From assembly GCF_963921235.1 (NCBI RefSeq), contig NC_086097.1, positions 34,534,001-34,598,000 on the forward strand: 64,000 bases of DNA, in the 5' to 3' direction. Made by a program: the position numbers and the translations under genes. This document shows positions 63,801 through 64,000 of this stretch, piece after piece (the stretch's first letter is position 1; each line of letters begins with the position of its first letter). This stretch comes from Mobula hypostoma. Its lineage: Eukaryota. Below the pieces are notes generated by a model. It was not told the origin of the DNA and did no database searches. It saw only the letters and a program-made list of their open reading frames with translations.

Positions 63801-64000
63801 ATAACTGATTCTGGTTATAGACTCACCACTGTCTAAGTCAGCTGCTGCTTCATCCACCTTTGCCTCTGTTGAGGCAGCCTCCGCTTCAGATTCCTTCTTG
63901 AGCGCATTCTTGACCACAATTGAGAGCATCCTGACTGGCTGCATCACTGCCTGGTATGGGAACTGTACCTCCCTTAATCGCAGGACTCTGCAGAGAGTGG

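Noticed and set aside
63830-63915. Acidic Ala-rich peptide (KKESEAEAASTEAKVDEAAAD) as a second captured host fragment
   Set aside because: Too short, not assignable to a family by eye, and lies at a junction between LINE fragments. A BLASTX search would be needed.

Overview
Eukaryotic, repeat-dense vertebrate genomic DNA. It is most likely from a cartilaginous fish (ray/shark), judging from HE1/V-SINE-like, CR1, Rex, RTE and Penelope repeats; the taxon is an inference. It holds the conserved CPSF2-NDUFB1-ATXN3 block: the first coding exon of CPSF2 (-), a shared CpG-island promoter, the complete 57-aa NDUFB1 CDS (+), and ATXN3 coding exons 1-6 (+, Josephin domain with catalytic C14/H119/N134). 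Most of the remaining sequence is nested transposable elements. The stand-out feature is a Gypsy LTR retrotransposon in ATXN3 intron 1 (18555-23297, -), with two LTRs, a 4-bp TSD, a tRNA-Pro PBS and a PPT. Its RT C-half, RNase H and integrase are replaced by ~580 nt of apparently intronless sarcomeric myosin heavy-chain rod sequence (MYH16-like) fused in frame, which points to retrovirus-style host-gene capture. Also notable are hammerhead-ribozyme cores in Penelope pseudo-LTRs, a 39-bp hairpin minisatellite abutting the ATXN3 promoter and in frame with its ATG, candidate overlapping uORFs, and a ~320-bp foldback inside a Tigger element. Repeat boundaries without TSD/TIR evidence are approximate.
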